Source of the DNA: Octopus sinensis
Lineage: Eukaryota
Reading direction: 5' to 3'
Assembly (NCBI RefSeq): GCF_006345805.1
Contig: NC_042998.1
Coordinates: 45,012,001 to 45,076,000 of the forward strand
DNA length: 64,000 nt
This document shows positions 53,187 through 64,000 of this stretch, one piece after another (the first letter of the stretch is position 1; the number at the start of each line of letters is the position of its first letter). Position numbers and translations under genes: made by a program. The notes below the pieces were generated by a model, which was not told where the DNA came from, did not search any database, and saw only the letters and a list, made by a program, of their open reading frames with translations.

Positions 53187-53346
53187 CGGTGGTTCTCAAG
53201 CTTTTAAATATTCGGGTCAGATCCAAAACCTGGATAGTTTTTAGGGGTCACACCAAGAAAAATAAAACACAAGTCAATTAGAAAAAGACCATCGAACCGC
53301 CAGAAGGACTGCATGCGGCCCTGTGAGCCGCAGTTGAGAACCGCTG
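53187..53346. mobile_element. 160-bp hAT-like MITE
   Basis: TIRs CGGTGGTTCTCAA / TTGAGAACCGCTG; 8-bp TSD GCATATAA/GTATATAA. Confidence 0.85.
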
Positions 53347-53694
53347 GTATATAATGTTTCCATTCCACTATTTCCTTAAGACGATAAGGAGTAATCTAAG
53401 GAGGATTCAGGTGTTATTTATACCGGGACAAGCTGTTACATAGGGGCTCCCTCATTAGATTGTTGTTGTTGTTGTTGTTGTTGTTGTGTTGTTGTTGTTT
53501 TGTTACTGTTGTTTAGCCTCCAGTCAGTCTTATGATCAGAAGTATTCCAGATATGATCATCCCATTTAGTTTTTTTTCTCCTATATGTGTGTGTGGGGGG
53601 GGGCTTGACCATATTATCCAATGTGCCCAATTTTTTTTTCGAACGGTGAAAGCAGTATGATTTGAGAGAGGAAAATTGACTACTATTTCTAACT

Positions 53695-54159
53695 GGTTTG
53701 GTTTTGGTAATAGGTGGAGATGATGTTGGTAATTGTGGGTGTAATGATACTAGTGGTGGTGGTGGTGGTGGTAGACATGATGATATTGGTGGTAGTAATG
53801 ATGATGGCTGTCGTAATGAAGATGTTGGTGGTCGTGATGGTGATAATGATGATGGCGATGGTGTGATAGAGATGATTGGTGGTGGTGATGATGTTAGTGT
53901 TAATGTTGATGACGATGGTGGTGTGATAGTGATATTGGCAATGACGAGGACGAAGATGATGGTGACGACGGCGATGATGATAATGACGACGATGATGATG
54001 GTGGTGGTAATGATGACGGTGTGATAGAGTGGTAGGTGATGATAGTGGTGGTAATAGTGGTAATGATGATTGTGGTAGTGGTCATGAGGGTGGTGGTAGT
54101 GGTTGGTGATGGTCACAGTTAGGAGGGGCTGCTGGGATATTAATGGCAGAGGTTATGGC

Positions 54160-54199
<40 letters not shown>

Positions 54200-54200
54200 A
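53695..54200. repeat. Degenerate (GGT/GAT/AGT)n trinucleotide tract
   Basis: Directly visible; source of poly-H/P/D/G pseudo-ORFs. Confidence 0.9.
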
Positions 54201-54494
54201 TATAAAGTTGTTGTTCACCTCACCCATTCCCTAAGTAGGTTCTGGTTAAGTAAATCTATGATCAAAAACATTCCCGTCTTTTTTCTCAAGACCACAGTAT
54301 ACCTTGAACTACACTGTTCCCAATTTACCTATTGAGGTAGATATTGCTGTTGTTTCTAGCGACCACTTAGAGACTCCCCTCATTGCCAACTCCACCACCA
54401 CCACCACCACCACCCTCGAGTCAATAAGATAGTGTTAGTAATACTGGTCGTGGTAAACAGATTATGGCATGAGCAACAAAGAATCTTAATAATG

Positions 54495-55015
54495 GTCTCA
54501 AATATTGGTACAAGGTCAGCAAGTTCGGGGGAGGGGGAAAGCCGATTACATCGATCCCCCAGTTCTCAACTGGTACTTATTTTATCGACATCACAAAGGA
54601 TGTAAAGCCACAGCCGACCTCGGCAGAATTTGAACTCAGAACGTAAAGCTGAACGAAATGCCGCAAAGCATTTTGCCCGGTGTGCTAACGATTCTGATAC
54701 TTATTCTATCGGCTTCTTATACCGAACCGCTAGGTTACGCGGGCAAAAACACACCAACACTAGTTGTCAAGCGGTGGTGGGGTACAAACACAGACCATAA
54801 AAGCACACACACACAGAAACATATAAACGATGGGCTTCTTTCAGTTTCCCTTCCATCTACCAAATCTACTCAAAAGGCTTTGGTCGGCCTGAGGCTATAA
54901 TAGAAGACACTTGCCCAAGGTGCCACACATTGGGACTGAACCCGGATCCATGTTGTTGAGGAGCAAACTTCTTACTAGACAGCCAATATTTTTTATCAAC
55001 CTCAAAAGAGATTGA
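54495..55015 (-). mobile_element. SINE family B fused to a duplicated family A segment
   Basis: Family B to about 54693, then a copy of 46696-47018. Confidence 0.8.
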
Positions 55016-56779
55016 TAAAGAGGTTGCCTTAATCGTTTTGGTGGCAAATATCTGCAATAGTTGTCGTCATAATCGTCGTTGTTTAGCCTCAGGGTAGACT
55101 CAGATGAGCAGAACTATGATTAAGTGCATTTCAGCCGTAACTATAGTCTTATCCGTCTCCGCAACCGCACTCATCCATCCCTACGCCCGCCGCCAAATAC
55201 ACGAAACCCAACAACACATTATCGAATGTGTCCTTTTGTATGACGGTCGAACGTGGGAGAAGTGAGTGTATGATCTGAGAGAAATTTTGGCTGTTATTTC
55301 TAACGAATCGATCGAAAACGCAGAGCAGCTATGTGCAAACTGCGGCCCGCGGGACTTTCTAAATGACACAACGAACGAAAATTACTTTGAACGTTTTAGT
55401 TATGCGGTTTGCCTGATGATGAGTCATGTCTCAGGCGTCTTCTTCTCGCAAAAGGTTGACCATGTCTGACGTAAAGGTTTTCCTCCGATGGCCGGAAGAC
55501 AATAAAAACAATATAAGCAAGTATCGGTGATCTAACTCGATGTGTAACAGACACAAGAATCACACAATACTTAAAAGTCTGTTTGTTAGTGTTTGAGAAA
55601 GCCAAGAGACAACTCAGTCACCTCTAACCTAAATACCAGCTTGAAGGAAATAAAATCAGCAATATTGACAGCGTTTAACAATATGTGGAAACTTATCGTA
55701 TAGCTAGCAACATGATTACACATCAATAGATAAATACCTTGGAATAGATACAATTTGAAGAGATGTAAATGACAGAGGTTAATCCTTTTCAAAACTGGCG
55801 ATTCGATTCTCTTTTGTTTTCAACACTTTATACTACGTGAAATAATGCCTAAATCACTATGTATTTATATTTCTCGCTGCCTAATTTTATATCCTAAATG
55901 CATCTCCACTTTTATCTTCCGTTCAAAATATTCCGTGAAATACTTTCAATTGTTCTGCCCGGTCGTTGTTATATAAACTTATCCAGGATTTCTATTAAAA
56001 TAAATGAGAAAACTTGACCAGGATCTTAATATGCCTCAGGCTTTCAAACGTCCACGAATACTCATACGTGTGTACGTAGACGTCAGGAATTGTGTGTGTG
56101 CGTGTGTAGGTGTCTTTGTGTTTAAATATGTGGATGTAATGTATATTTTTCCATTGCTTCACAAACCAGAGTGATTTTGTAGTATAGAACTATTTTATCA
56201 TATCCATAAAAGGGAGGATGTGTGTGCGTGTGTGTGTACGTGATTGTAATTTATGCACGTCCATAAATTAGCACGCATGTCGCTCCAATTTTAGGAGGAC
56301 ATTTGTCAACATCCTATCTGAGTTTTGTCAATTTATTTTTTCCCCGAGGCACCCGTGGGTAGCGTAAATATCTATTTTCAGACATAGCTTTTAACCACGA
56401 AAAATATCAGCCTTGACTTTTTTGATGGCGTCTAACAAAAAAGAGAGTTTCACGGGAAAGACAAAGTGAGAGAGGGTGAGACAGAGAGAGTAAGTTATGA
56501 CGTTCATAAAAAATAAAACGTAAAATGTTTTGTTTTTTGTTTTTGAAAGACACTATATTTTATAATCATAGTATATATACTTTAGTGAAAATCGTGCGAG
56601 TGTTAATCTACAAATTTAACATTTTTTCCATTCATTTCTGTTTATGAACATGTATGCGTGCACAAAACATGCAATAGGTGTACGTACGTACGTGTGTGTA
56701 TGTGTGTATGTGTGTTCGTGTCTGTTGCCCATATATATTTATATTATATTATATATATATATATATAATATATATAATA

Positions 56780-56809
<30 letters not shown>

Positions 56810-56811
<2 letters not shown>

Positions 56812-56939
56812 ATATAACTAATTTCAACGGATTTCGCCCAAATTTGACGTCTATATTACTTAGTTTGGTTTGAAATAAAGAACTTGATTAGCTTAATAAT
56901 CGTAACTTAATCCCGGGCAAGGCCGGGTTATACTGCTAG
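56810..56939 (+). mobile_element. Helitron 3' end
   Basis: Hairpin CCCGGGCAAGGCCGGG then TTATACTG and CTAG|T; same terminus as the 60997 element. Confidence 0.7.
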
Positions 56940-57079
56940 TTTTTTTTTATATTATTAACACAGACGCTTTGTTACATTCCTGGCAAAAAATATTTATGTA
57001 AATTTCCGCAGAATATTTTGGATTTTTCTGTTATAAATAAAACCCCTAGCTGGCGACCAGAGGAGGTGGCTGTCTTCTC

Positions 57080-57560
57080 AATCAATACGCTACTGTGGGT
57101 GACGCTGGATGATGGACTCTGGTGATGATGTTATTCCACGCTTTCCGATCCATGGCGCAGCCCTTAGCATTCTTGAAGTGGGGGTGCTACGATTTAAGGT
57201 CTTCCTCAGTTTATTTCACCCTTGTCTTCTTTGGTGCGCTGCTCTGGACCCTCCAGAGCGTAGGTCGCTGCCGTCACAAAAGTTGCTGTGATAGTTTTCT
57301 GGTGCTCATCCTGCTGTGGTCTGCGCTGAAGGACTTGATCTTCAATGGTCGGCTGCTGGCATTGTTGTAATTTCAACAATAATGTTTCATAACTCGAGGT
57401 CAACTCAGATCGAGCAGATCTATGATCCAAGGAATTCAAACAGTAAGCATGTTGTCTGTTTTCTATGTCAAGGACTCTATAGTGAGGCCATTTTGGAAGT
57501 CTTCAGAGCGCATGTGCAGAGTTGGATTCTTTCGGGAGTTGGATTCTTTCTTACTGCGAA
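57080..57560 (-). mobile_element. Degraded RTE-like LINE 3' fragment
   Basis: Minus strand ..PKKTR..EEDLK..AKGCAMDRKAWNNII resembles the A.DR..WR terminal motif. Confidence 0.55.
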
Positions 57561-57899
57561 TCCAGGAAATAAAAATATTTATGCTGTTTGAAGATATTCG
57601 AAGTCTTGGCTTTTCCTTCGATGAATAATTTACCCCTCAAATGTTACAGACTTTTCATCCTGTTACAACTCCATTGTTCAATTGGCCTTACGTTTTTTAA
57701 AACAATAGGATGCAGTGGCCTAGTGTAGAATATGAGGGATGTGCAGATTGCTCAGGGTGATCACTGTATATACGAATGTTTACTATAGTCGTAGATATGT
57801 TACGTTTAAGGAAGTGGAGCGCTAATCCATGCTCCGCCACTGGTAAGGCTGTGATAAGAGGACAATTTGGTTCCCATCAGATGTGTTCAATGCTTGGAC

Positions 57900-58200
57900 C
57901 TCGCACTCCGTTGGTCACGACGATGAGGGTTCCAGTTGATCCGGTCAACAGAACAGCCTGCTCGTGAAATTAACGTGCATGTAGCTGAGCTCTGTTCAAA
58001 CACGCGTACCCTTAACATAGTTCTTAGGACGATTCAGCGCAACACAAAATGTGACAAGGCTGATCCTTTGAAATACAGATATTATTCCTTTTCGCTAGCT
58101 GAGTGGCATGGAATAACGTGAGATAAAGTGTCTTGCTCATTGACACAACACGCCACTGGGAATTGAACTCGTGACCTTACGATTGTGAGCCAAATATCTT
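57900..58200 (-). mobile_element. tRNA/CORE SINE family C
   Basis: Reverse complement of 61642-61955. Confidence 0.8.
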
Positions 58201-58260
58201 GACTTTCTCTGTTTGAACCAATCAAGTATTAAACTACACAGAAACAATGGTACTTATTTG

Positions 58261-58483
58261 AAGGCGGAATCGTTAGCACGCCGGACGAAATGCTTAGCAG
58301 TATTTCGTCTGCCGTTACGTTCTGAGTTCAAATCCCGCCGAAGTTGACTTTGCCTTTCATCCTTTCGGGGTCGATAAATTAAGTACCAGTTACGCACTGG
58401 GGTCGATCTGATCGACTTAATCCCTTTGTCTGTCCTTGTTTGTCCCCTCTATGTTTAGCCCCTTGTGGGCAATAAAGAAATAA
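58261..58483 (+). mobile_element. SINE family B copy, followed by an inverted degenerate copy to about 58627
   Basis: Flanked by duplicated CAATGGTACTTATTT; most CpGs intact. Confidence 0.9.
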
Positions 58484-59751
58484 GAAGCAATGGTACTTAT
58501 TTTGTCGATCTCGAAGGGATGAAAGTCGACGTCGGTGGAATTTGAACTCAGAACGTAAAGCTCTGAAAGAAATGTCCGTGAAGCATTTTGTCCGATGTTA
58601 CAAATGATTCTGCTTGTTCACAGCCTTCAAATCGTTAAAAAAAAATTACGATTACTTCAAAATGTTGTTCATTTATATTTTCAATATTTCTATTGGTTTC
58701 GTTGTTCTTGTTGTTATCGTTGTTGCCGTCGTTACGAGACTTGACTGCTTTGTGATGTGTTCAATGTGCGCCCCCATTACGTGACCATAATTTTAATGAA
58801 ATCCTCTGGCTTTGTGTTTCAATTTAAGCTTTGAAAATATTCAACAATCCAAAAAAAAAGTCAAAAGTGCGGTGGGTAACGGGGGCGGGGACGTTGCTGT
58901 GTTTGTCGTTGTTAATGGTAGTTGTAAAGGCGATGATTGAAGAAGTGACGACAATATTCGTGGCGCCACACAGACGATGTCGATGGCAGTGATGATGGTG
59001 GTGGTGGTGGTGGTGGTGGTGGTGGTGGTGGTGGCAATGTTAAAGTTGTTGTTGCTGCTGTATTTTAGCAACTTCCGCCTCCAAGTAGACTCTGGTCAAG
59101 GACATTCTGGAATTTTGGGCTTTTTTATATTATTTTTTTTCGGACATATTGTACTCTGGAGTGTATCATCTAATGTATTATTTGGTATTTTTTCTCTGTT
59201 GTTGTTGTTTTAAGTCGAGAGAATGTTTCGTTTTTATGTTTAGCTTGCAAAATTCTTTATGCGAATTCGTGAGTTGAAACAGTTTTTGTTGTATCTCGGG
59301 AGGGTCATTATGCCAATAATAAACACATGCACTGGTTCGATCTCATTTCTTTTATTATTATCAGTCAACTAGTTAACCATTTAACCAGTTAGCTAATCTA
59401 TTGATCGACTGAACAATTAAGCAAACAATTGATTTCTTAATTGGTTACATGGTTAACTAGTTTACTACTAATAATAATGATAATAACAAAAGTATCGCTC
59501 GAGAGAAATATAGCTGCTATTTCATCTAATCAAACGACAATATTCTAAGGTCCCTCGTTGAATTGAGGTGATAATATTGTTGTTGATGTTGGTGGTGGTG
59601 GTCGTCGTCGTCGTGGTTGTCGTGACAAAGAAAGATTATGGCATTAGCAGTAGTTTTTAGTAATGATTAAATGTTTTGGTAGAAGGTATAATAACATCCA
59701 TAGCCGTTGTTGTTGCTGCTGTTATTATTACTGTTGTTGGTGTTGTTGTTG

Positions 59752-60092
59752 CTTGTTTGTTTTGTTTGTTTGTTGAGCGAAGTGGTCTTCGTAGGAGAAG
59801 TCCGAAACGTGGTCCTTTGCTATTCGTAAGACTCGCAAAAGAGAAAGCAGGTCAACCCCCGACACCGAGAGCTCAGCGGTTGCGTAGGAAGTCGGGGACA
59901 AAAAACAGGAAGAAAGAGTGAGAGAAAGTTGTGGCGAAAGAGTACAACAGGGGTCGCCACCACCCCCTGCCGGAGCTTCGTGGAGCTTTAGGTGTTTTCG
60001 CTCAATAGACACACAACGCCCGGTCTGGGAATCGAAACTGCGATCCTCCGACCGCGAGTCCGCTGCCCTAACCACTGGGCCATTGCGCCTCC
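59752..60092 (-). mobile_element. tRNA-derived SINE family D with (AAAC)n tail
   Basis: Minus strand GGAGGCGCAATGGCCCAGTGGTTAGGGCAGCGGACTCGCGGTC..GTTTCGATTCCC head, GC-rich body, AAAC tail. Confidence 0.8.
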
Positions 60093-60996
60093 ACTGTTGT
60101 TACTGCTGCTGCTGCTGTTGTTGTTGTTTAGTTATAGGTCAGTTCTGTTCTAACAAATCCATGATCAAAGACATCGTAGTCTTGACCATCGCGTCCTTTT
60201 CCTTATCCAAGACTACGGTTGTCCTATGTTTCTCTCCTTTTTTCAGACGGTAAGGTGTGAATTGAAGGAATTTGCCGGCTGCTATTTCTTGTAGGTCAAG
60301 CAACTACATAGAGGCTCCCTTCCCTTCCCGTCCCTCCTGGTGCCTGGAATATCACTTACCAAAAGATGATCGCATAGAATTATACAGAAGGCTATAATTT
60401 AAACAATGAATACTTTAAAACTGAAGGCGTTATGTTCAAGATCGAAAGACAGTCTTATTTATGCCAGATTAGCTTAGTAACTAAAATAGCATAAGGTGTA
60501 GCGATAGATGTAGTGAAAGATGTAGCAATAGACTTAGAATTTAGGGTTGGCGTCTAAGGTCAGTCCGACCAGTGGCTGACCTGCGATTAATCAATTAGTA
60601 ACATATTTTTAGTGAACATTTTTCAAAAAAATTTCTGGGACAAGTGAATAGCAAAATCAAATTCGGCGTGAAAAATTACATCAATATACCAAATTTGATA
60701 AAGAAACAATGAATATATTTTTTATAGCAAAAATTCAAAAACGAGAGTTCTGAATACGTAGTGGTTGCTGTTTTAAGCAGACGATAGCTTGGCTTGTTAC
60801 TATGGGAATAGGCACCAATGTGTCTGTGGCTTACGACTGGCTAAAATTACCCAAAATTTGCAAACCTTAAAAGCTATTAACTTTTTAGTTATTAATTTAT
60901 GGCAAAAATGAATTTCATTTCCATAATTCGCATACAAAACTACATCAGTAATTTGAAATCAATTGGGAGAAAATTAAAGAAATTGAAAAGCGAAAG

Positions 60997-61400
60997 CTAG
61001 CAGTATAACCCGGCGTTGCTCGGGTTTGTTTTCTTTTCGACCCTTTAGAATTGGAATTTTTGAAAAGTAAAAATTTTGCAATATGTAGCTTGTTATTCTC
61101 TTTAAGTGAACATTTTTCTGGTTGAAATACACCGAAAAATTGCGACACAGCAGTGAAAAAATTGTGAAAAATAGGGATTTTCATAGAAAAAAAAAGCACC
61201 TTTTTTATGTAAATAATTTTTGGTCTTAACATGGTCCCATTTGAATTTTTTCTTCTACGGAATGAAGAGCAAGCCTTCTATCATACTCTCAATTTTGGTC
61301 AACTTGCGCCGCAGGGTCTCGGAGGAGATAGTGTTAGTTGAAGGCTACCAAACCTGCCACACACACACACACACAGACAACTTCAGCTTTATATATATAT
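60997..61400 (-). mobile_element. Non-autonomous Helitron
   Basis: Minus strand starts TATATATAAAGCTGAAGTTGTCTGTGTG and ends CCCGAGCAACGCCGGG-TTATACTG-CTAG. Confidence 0.75.
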
Positions 61401-61641
61401 TGTTTCCAGTATAAATTAATATTACTGAGAAATATTATCGGTTCCTAGATTAGTAAAAAAAATGCCGGTACGTCACATCAGATTGTTTGAGTAGCACTAG
61501 TCTAAGCGACATCTCAGCAAACTGCAATCCAATAACTGAAAGAAGTAAAAGATAATGACGTAATACTTCCAAAATCACAATACATCTTAAGCTAGCAATT
61601 CTGATTCAGTGATTCTATACTTGCTTTATTACAACAGTAGC

Positions 61642-61955
61642 GAAGGCACGTGGCTTGGTGGTTAGGGTTTTCGGTTCATAATCGTAAGGTCGTGTGTTCG
61701 ATTCCCGGTGGCTCGTTGTGTCCTTGAGCAAGATACTTTATTTCACGTTGCTCCAGTCCACTCAGCTGGCAAAAATTAAATGTACCTGTAATTCAAAGGG
61801 CCGACCTTGTCACGTTCTGTGTCACGCTGATTCTCCCTGAAAACTACGTATCTGTGGAGGGCTCAGTCACCTGCACGCTAATTTCACGAGCAGGCTATTC
61901 TGCTGATCAAATCAACTGAAACACTCATCATCATCGTAACCGACGGAGGACCAGA
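61642..61955 (+). mobile_element. tRNA/CORE SINE family C
   Basis: Box A TGGCTTGGTGG, box B GTTCGATTCCC, CORE-like GTGTCCTTGAGCAAG. Confidence 0.85.
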
Positions 61956-62530
61956 ATTTTACAATACTACTGTTACTGCCTTGAACAGGGTATTCAAAGC
62001 TTATCCAGCACCCGGAGTATTTGCAACATCTGGGTGTTCTTTTATTCTTTTATTTGTTTCAGTCATATGATAGTGGCCATGCTGCAGCACCTGTCACATT
62101 CCGAGTGAACACTGGTTTCTACCTTGACTGCTGCAATATCATACTTAAAATTTAAATATTCTCTTCTTCTCGAACAGATATCATTAGCGTTACAGCAGTA
62201 TTGCGTTCCTGGAAATGTCTTAAGAAAGGGTTCCGTAATGCAAGACGTATTTCTCATTGACGTCAAGGGAAAAGGGTTTCGCGTTATCGAATTCCACGTT
62301 ACGGGGAAATTATCAGGAACACGGCGTTCCTATAATACCGAGATGCTTGCATTACTGAACTCCTCGTTACAGAAAAATTTTCGGGAACATAACGTTTCCG
62401 TGACACGGGGATACCGGCGTTCTTATTTTGGCTGTTTGAATCCGTCCACCTGATTCTAGATTAATACAAAGACAGTAAAAGGTTATTTTGTAACGTTGTT
62501 GATGTCGATATTGACATTGTTGTTGTTATT

Positions 62531-62564
<34 letters not shown>

Positions 62565-62808
62565 GTTGTTGTTGTCGAAACAGTCGGCGTCCGTCGTCGT
62601 CGTCGACACTGTTGTCATCGTTGATACCAACACTAACTGCTGTTTGTATTATGGATATTATTTGAACATATTAAAATAAATGGTTTTCTCATTGAATTTG
62701 AAATATCATTTTGAAACGAATCGTGTATTTGTTCGTTCGTTTGTTCGTTTGTTTGTTTGTTTGTTTGTTTGTTTACTATATTTTGTTTTCTCTTTCTTCT
62801 AATTGCAG

Positions 62809-62889
62809 CTTACGTCATGTGATGCTGAAGGATCCAACCAGAGCGTGGGTCGATTCCGTGTAGAAACGGGCGAAAGAGATACAGATGAG
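62809..62889 (+). CDS. GARNL3: Next coding exon of GARNL3
   Basis: Polypyrimidine tract and TTGCAG acceptor, GAG|GTAAAG donor; 81 nt, phase 0-0, LTSCDAEGSNQSVGRFRVETGERDTDE matching recalled human LISSDADGAIQRAGRFRVENGSSDE, directly following HYGSVEL. Confidence 0.92.
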
Positions 62890-64000
62890 GTAAAGAGATT
62901 TGAAAGCTAAATTAATTGATATTTTCACAAGCATTTTATGCATTGAATATTTTAATAATTGAATTATTCGTGAAATTGTAGAGAGAGAAGAAAGTTGTAA
63001 GTCGAATGTGGGAAGAAATAACATCAGCTGCGACGATGTTTTCATTAAATACACTTTAGTATTTTCATATAAAATAAATATATTCAGATATCCTCTTTAC
63101 ATTCTGAATTTAAATTCTACCCAGGTCAATTTAGCCTCTTTTTTTTTTATATTCCGAGATCGCTAAAGTACAGGAATCCCCCCGCGTTACAGAGGTGACG
63201 ATTTCTGAAAATACTGTTATGACGCGAGAGTCCATAATGTGGAATTAACTTTCACGTTATCAGAAAACTCTTTTAAATAAATAGGGAATGTTTTGTTGCA
63301 AATAGCAAAAAGGAGCAATGTTTTGTTGAAAATATTCTTTGACATTGTACGTTTCTACAGAGGACAAAAATGTTTCTCTGAGCCAGAGATAAATTAAACA
63401 TCCCTCAATCCTTGAAACCTGGGATTTTAAGATTAATACACGACTAGGACTTTGATTTTACATCACCAGTAACACTTCTTTCCAGAAGAAGCGTTAAGCG
63501 ACTTTTGGTCGATTTTTCTTCTCGAGAAATGAAAGTTCCAGAAAAGTGCAACATTATTTTGTTGCTCTGGTGTGTAGTTTAGTTTAACATTTTTCTTTTT
63601 TTTTTCTTTTTTTTTTTTTTTGCTACTCAGGATAATTAATAACAGCCTCTGAATCAACACTCTCAGCTTCACCAGTCATTTTCATGCTGTGCAAATCAAG
63701 CGTTTCTTAAACTTTCCAAGCAGACTTTACTAGCCAGAAATTTTTTTTTTTTTCCATTAGAAGTTTCAACTTCCCTTTGCTGCAAATCGTCATATAAACT
63801 TTTGACTCTTTTTAATTACCAACGTGTTTATCGATATATTACGTCGAGTTTGATCTTTGATCTATACGCTCAAGAGCTGTTCCATTCTAAGCATCACATT
63901 AAATCTTTGAAAACTTAAGGTCCAAGCAGTTAACGCAGTAGCTTCTTGACCACTTGAATTAAATTTCCATTGCCATGTATTTTCACTGAAGACGTTGCAA

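Noticed and set aside
53436-54116. 226-aa His/Pro/Gln-rich ORF
   Set aside because: Trinucleotide low-complexity DNA overlapping an old repeat.
59990-60092. Possible tRNA gene
   Set aside because: tRNA-like head continues into a SINE body and (AAAC)n tail.
62124-62453. 109-aa ORF near the GARNL3 exon
   Set aside because: No similarity to GARNL3; the flanking exons already join without a gap.

Overview
AT-rich, repeat-dense eukaryotic genomic DNA, most likely from an octopus (inferred from the SINE families and microsatellite load). The only host protein-coding sequence I can support is two small + strand exons (23586-23655, 62809-62889). They splice in phase to encode the N-terminus of a GARNL3 (Rap/Ran-GAP domain-like 3) orthologue across a 39,153-bp intron; a candidate upstream start exon lies at 18443-18471. 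The rest is intronic or upstream: several tRNA-derived SINE families, fragments of CR1/L2-, RTE- and HERO-type LINEs, Penelope-like tails with minimal hammerhead-ribozyme motifs, a deleted maT/Tc1-mariner transposon, hAT MITEs, Helitrons, foldbacks and microsatellites. Almost all ORF-track entries are microsatellite or SINE artefacts. The most unusual locus is an intronic domain of about 10 kb (33.2-43.5 kb) whose repeats show heavy CpG decay. It contains a CpG-rich, apparently structured + strand RNA element (34433-34568), splice signals on both strands and a 120-bp near-perfect inverted repeat bracketing that element. It may be a nested transcription unit or ncRNA. Family names come from recalled motifs, not database searches, and most repeat boundaries are approximate.
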